A DNA stretch of 48,253 nucleotides from Minisyncoccota bacterium (lineage in GTDB: Bacteria > Patescibacteriota > Minisyncoccia > Phycocordibacterales > UBA9973): assembly GCA_036517375.1 (NCBI GenBank), contig DATDWM010000021.1:1-48253 (forward strand), written 5' to 3'. Below the pieces are notes generated by a model. It worked only from the letters and a program-made list of their open reading frames with translations. It was not told the origin of the DNA and did no database searches. Below are positions 45,377-48,253 of this stretch, piece after piece. Each line of letters starts with the position of its first letter. The stretch's first letter is position 1. A program made the position numbers and the translations under genes.

Positions 45377-45402
45377 ATACTAGCATACTAGTATGATAGT
45401 AT
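45377..45402. promoter_or_regulatory. Phased CTAG operator array (ATACTAG-CATACTAGTATG-ATAGTAT)
   Basis: CTAG, CTAG and ATAG centres begin at 45380, 45388 and 45396, an 8-bp phase. The core CATACTAGTATG is a perfect 12-bp palindrome (45384-45395). Confidence 0.55.
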
Positions 45403-45488
45403 TAAAAAATTTACAAACAAAGTCACTTGGGTACCGAGCAGGGTATTGGTGGGGCGCAAGCATTCGAGCTTTTGCGCCGTTTTGTTGA
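45393..45488 (+). CDS. Candidate trp leader peptide (31 aa, tandem Trp codons)
   Basis: Encodes MIVLKNLQTKSLGYRAGYWWGASIRAFAPFC*. Preceded by TTGCTT(45358)-N17-TAGCAT(45381)-N6-ATG. TGG TGG at 45447-45452 abuts the terminator stem. Confidence 0.45.
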   Translation: MIVLKNLQTKSLGYRAGYWWGASIRAFAPFC

Positions 45489-45490
45489 TT
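45453..45490 (+). terminator. Attenuator-type intrinsic terminator in the trpR/trpB intergenic region
   Basis: GGCGCAA(GC)-ATTCGA-(GC)TTTTGCGCC stem (45453-45478), then GTTTTGTTGATTT. Confidence 0.6.
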
Positions 45491-45500
45491 TCTTTTATCC

Positions 45501-45519
45501 ACTAGTCACTAGCGACTAG
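45501..45519. repeat. Three ACTAG pentamers at 7-nt period (ACTAGTC ACTAGCG ACTAG)
   Basis: ACTAG at 45501, 45508 and 45515, between the two terminators of the trp intergenic region. Confidence 0.6.
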
Positions 45520-45546
45520 AACCTAACTCATAAGGAATCCACTGAC

Positions 45547-45575
45547 CAGCGCATGAGCGCTGTGTTTTGTTCTTT
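45547..45575 (+). terminator. Second terminator-like hairpin in the trp intergenic region
   Basis: CAGCGC-ATGA-GCGCTG stem, then TGTTTTGTTCTTT. The tail resembles that of the first terminator. Confidence 0.5.
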
Positions 45576-45594
45576 GGAAAGGGGGGTTGTAAAG

Positions 45595-45789
45595 ATGATT
45601 AATAATGAACACTTCGTTGTAACAAGCCAGGAAGCCAGAAAGGTGGTGGAAGCGATTATGGAACATGCGGAAGCCACAGAGAGGTCAGTGGGCAAGGTTT
45701 TAGAAGAAGTAGTGAGTGGCCTCTTGGTTGTGGTTCACTGGAAAGAGGGTCAGCTTACGCTCCTTTACAGCAGTCCAAACGGGCTGTAA
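45595..45789 (+). CDS. Hypothetical 64-aa protein (SD-led) between attenuator and trpB
   Basis: AAAGGGGGGT lies 7 nt before ATG 45595; the ORF-track start at 45553 lies in the hairpin loop. No family recognised. Confidence 0.45.
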   Translation: MINNEHFVVTSQEARKVVEAIMEHAEATERSVGKVLEEVVSGLLVVVHWKEGQLTLLYSSPNGL

Positions 45790-45866
45790 TTACTAGAAGA
45801 GCGGTGAGTAATAGAAAGGAATACAATCCAATCTATTACTCACAGCTTTATTTAAAAATAACTTTT

Positions 45867-47033
45867 ATGAAATCATATTTTGGAAAATTTGGTGGACAGT
45901 TTGTTCCTGAGACTCTCATGCCTTCACTTTTGGAATTAGAAGAGTCGTATAAAAAGTTTAAAAAAGATAAAAATATACAAGCGGAATTAAAAAACTTGCA
46001 ACAGAGTTTTATTGGTCGTCCGACTCCTCTGTACTTTGCTAAGAATTTATCTAAAATTACTAGTCAAAAAATTTACCTTAAACGGGAAGACCTCGCACAT
46101 ACCGGTGCTCATAAAATAAACAATGCCCTTGGGCAAGCCCTGCTCGCAAAATTTATGGGTAAAAATCGCATTATCGCCGAAACTGGCGCAGGTCAACACG
46201 GCGTTGCTACGGCGGCAGTATGTGCCAAGCTTGGCTTGGCCTGTACTATATATATGGGTGAAGTGGATGTAAAAAGACAACAACCAAATGTATTACGAAT
46301 GCGATTGTTGGGAGCAAAAGTTGTTTCAGTTTCTACTGGTAGTAAGACACTAAAAGATGCAATAAATGAGGCAATACGAGAATGGATTAGTAGTGCTGAA
46401 ACCACCCATTATATGCTGGGTTCGGTTTTGGGCCCACATCCATATCCGACGATAGTTAGAGATTTTCAGAAAGTAATTGGTAAGGAATCTAGAAATCAAA
46501 TTTTAAAAATTGAAGGTAAATTACCAGATTATTTAATTGCATGCGTTGGCGGTGGAAGTAATTCTATTGGCTTGTTCCATAAATTCTTAAATGATTCAAA
46601 AGTTAAAATGATTGGAGTGGAAGCCGGGGGTATGGGAATTAAAAGTGGCAAGCACGCTGCAAGATTTTCTGGAGGACGGGAAGGAATTTTACACGGTACG
46701 AAATCCTTTGTTTTGCAAGATAAAGATGGCCAAATTACAGAAACCCATAGCATTTCAGCTGGACTTGATTATCCTAGCATTGGACCCGAGCACAGCTACC
46801 TATATAAGCTAGGTCGAATTCAATATGTTTCAATTACCGACCAAGAAGCTTTGGATGCATTTATCTTGTTGTCAAAAATGGAGGGCGTAATTCCTGCGTT
46901 AGAATCAGCTCATGCCGTAGCTTTTACTTTAAAGTTGGCAAAAAAATTGCCTAAAAATAAATTAATTATAGTTAACTTGTCAGGTCGTGGCGATAAAGAT
47001 TTATTAGAAATGACAAAAGGATTAAATATATGA
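45867..47033 (+). CDS. trpB: Tryptophan synthase beta chain
   Basis: [14 protein letters not shown], and the PLP lysine motif HTGAHKINN. Start trimmed to [10 protein letters not shown]. Confidence 0.93.
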   Translation: MKSYFGKFGGQFVPETLMPSLLELEESYKKFKKDKNIQAELKNLQQSFIGRPTPLYFAKNLSKITSQKIYLKREDLAHTGAHKINNALGQALLAKFMGKNRIIAETGAGQHGVATAAVCAKLGLACTIYMGEVDVKRQQPNVLRMRLLGAKVVSVSTGSKTLKDAINEAIREWISSAETTHYMLGSVLGPHPYPTIVRDFQKVIGKESRNQILKIEGKLPDYLIACVGGGSNSIGLFHKFLNDSKVKMIGVEAGGMGIKSGKHAARFSGGREGILHGTKSFVLQDKDGQITETHSISAGLDYPSIGPEHSYLYKLGRIQYVSITDQEALDAFILLSKMEGVIPALESAHAVAFTLKLAKKLPKNKLIIVNLSGRGDKDLLEMTKGLNI

Positions 47034-47809
47034 ATAAAATTGATTTAGTTTTTGAGAAGCTAAGAGGGGAGAAACGTTGCGGACTGATGCCATTTTTAGT
47101 TGCAGGATTTCCAAATTTTAATAGTTCATTAAGCTTGCTAAAGTTGCTTGCACAGCACTCAGATTTTTTAGAAATAGGTTTTCCTTACTCTGATCCTTTG
47201 GCTGATGGTCCAATAATTCAAAAGGCTGATCAAGTGGCTTTAAGAGCTGGATCAACTTCAGATTACGTCTTTAAACTTATTAGTAAACTACGGGAAACTA
47301 CTAAAATTCCTATCACAGTTTTAGTATATGCTAATTTAATATATCAGCGAGGTGTAAATAAATTTTATTCTGATGCTAAAGCTGCCGGCATAGACGGGGT
47401 TTTAATACCAGATATTCCATTTGAGGAGATGGATATATTTGTAAAAGCGGCAAAGAAAAATAATGTAGCCAATATTTATTTACTTTCATCTAGTACTAGT
47501 GAGCAGCGCCTCGTTAATATTTTGAAAGTTGCAGAAGGGTATCTTTATTTGACTTCTATTGTTGGTATTACTGGTGTTAAAAAAGATATCCCACAAGATA
47601 CATTAGATTACATAAAAAAACTGAAAAAGAAAACTAAACTACCGGTGGCTGTGGGATTTGGCATATCAAATTCTACTCAAGTAAAAAAATTAAAAAAAGC
47701 TGGCGCAAATGGGGTAATTATGGGAAGTAGTTTAATTCAACTTATCCAAAGATCCCCTAAAGTAAATAGAAGTGCTATCGTAGGATTTTTAGAAAGATTT
47801 AAGATCTAA
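47030..47809 (+). CDS. trpA: Tryptophan synthase alpha chain
   Basis: ATGA overlap with trpB. Contains [17 protein letters not shown] and the GFGIS motif. Confidence 0.92.
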   Translation: MNKIDLVFEKLRGEKRCGLMPFLVAGFPNFNSSLSLLKLLAQHSDFLEIGFPYSDPLADGPIIQKADQVALRAGSTSDYVFKLISKLRETTKIPITVLVYANLIYQRGVNKFYSDAKAAGIDGVLIPDIPFEEMDIFVKAAKKNNVANIYLLSSSTSEQRLVNILKVAEGYLYLTSIVGITGVKKDIPQDTLDYIKKLKKKTKLPVAVGFGISNSTQVKKLKKAGANGVIMGSSLIQLIQRSPKVNRSAIVGFLERFKI

Positions 47810-47822
47810 AATATCTGAGTAC

Positions 47823-47851
47823 TTGCGTTTTTATCCATAAATCAATTCAAT
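47823..47851 (+). promoter_or_regulatory. Promoter candidate TTGCGT-N17-TTCAAT upstream of island 4 ORF
   Basis: TTGCGT at 47823-47828 and TTCAAT at 47846-47851. Confidence 0.35.
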
Positions 47852-47905
47852 AGACTCTTTTATGACTAAGCGCTACTGTAGCGTCTAGTTCTTTCGGAGG
47901 TAGAT

Positions 47906-48229
47906 ATGCCCAAGGACACGTTCGAAGTATGGCTCTCGAAGCGGAGTTCGAGTCGCACACGCATGACAGTTCCGGCCCATGTGAAGAAACTCGCGTGCGG
48001 CTGCAGTCGCGAAGAACTCCGTTCGCCTAGGTTCAACATTGGGCTCAAGGAGGACGGATGGGTTCACGTCGGGTGGGATACGCATGACCCCCTCCACCTG
48101 CGGCCGGCCCCACCAATGGGTTCGGCGTGTGCGACGACAGTTCTCGCCCCCTCTGACGCGACAAAGGGGCCGGGACACCCCATTGATTCAAAGTCAGTGC
48201 GGGAGGATAGTGGCTGGGAGGGGTACTAG
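47906..48229 (+). CDS. Hypothetical 107-aa protein on GC-rich island 4
   Basis: GGAGG lies 5 nt before the ATG. The HVKKLACGC motif resembles HVRTACCGC of the island 3 protein. The island runs to the window edge. Confidence 0.5.
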   Translation: MPKDTFEVWLSKRSSSRTRMTVPAHVKKLACGCSREELRSPRFNIGLKEDGWVHVGWDTHDPLHLRPAPPMGSACATTVLAPSDATKGPGHPIDSKSVREDSGWEGY

Positions 48230-48253
48230 AAGTCTTCAGGCGGGCGGATCCGA

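Noticed and set aside
45553-45594. ATG 45553 as the start of the small ORF in the trp IGR
   Set aside because: This ATG sits in the loop of the CAGCGC/GCGCTG hairpin with no RBS. ATG 45595 has a G-rich RBS 7 nt upstream.
45400-45595. T-box riboswitch upstream of trpBA
   Set aside because: The leader before the first terminator is only ~60-90 nt. There is no recognisable specifier-loop or stem I architecture. The GGTGGGGCGC segment only loosely resembles the T-box consensus. The tandem-Trp mini-ORF is the better explanation.
47866-48178. Minus-strand ORFs 47866-48048 and 47885-48178 on island 4
   Set aside because: Arg-rich antisense-type translations without start signals. The plus frame has GGAGG 5 nt before its ATG.
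1-48253. CRISPR arrays, rRNA genes, integrons/attC arrays, prophage or defence-island hallmarks
   Set aside because: I saw no direct-repeat/spacer periodicity, no rRNA-like conserved blocks, and no integrase, recombinase, reverse transcriptase, nuclease-helicase pairs or phage structural genes. The GC-rich cassettes are scattered singly, not arrayed.

Overview
Gene-dense, mostly plus-strand bacterial chromosome segment with about 50 CDS and one tRNA. There is no rRNA, CRISPR array, integrase or reverse transcriptase. Gene content and style suggest a reduced-genome, CPR/Patescibacteria-like organism; this is an inference from a 579-aa AlaRS, a sigma-r4 + HARE-HTH protein, CxxC-x17-CxxC ribbons, TraD-like orphan ATPases and near-absence of Shine-Dalgarno sites. 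Recognisable core genes: clpB (5' partial), tRNA-Tyr, typA, mltG, mnmA, alaS, infA-rpmJ-rpsM-rpsK-rpsD-rpoA-rplQ-rplM-rpsI, grpE, dnaK, dnaJ, an agmatinase-family gene, metK, cysS, rplU, recR, dnaB, trpS, a trpR-like gene, trpB and trpA. Observations worth a second look: (1) The grpE-dnaK-dnaJ locus is split by a paralogous module: two TraD/VirD4-like P-loop NTPases bracket a ~580-aa Cys-rich zinc-ribbon protein, and a third copy of that protein is translationally coupled to grpE. (2) Four GC-rich single-gene islands, one encoding a DUF397 protein, plus one further small ORF, each have a canonical SD. The four GC-rich islands also sit behind a 5' UTR and three are followed by GC-rich hairpins, whereas host genes are typically leaderless (-10 box, ~6 nt, ATG). 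(3) A Chlamydia-like trpS-trpR-IGR-trpBA indole-salvage layout has phased CTAG operators and a 31-codon leader ORF with tandem Trp codons abutting a terminator. (4) A ~100-nt in-frame block of four hairpins lies inside mnmA. (5) A minimal Y1 (RayT/IS200-like) transposase unit is flanked by inverted 21-nt hairpins. (6) Several strong palindromic operator candidates are present. All functional calls rest on motif recognition by eye; no database search was possible.
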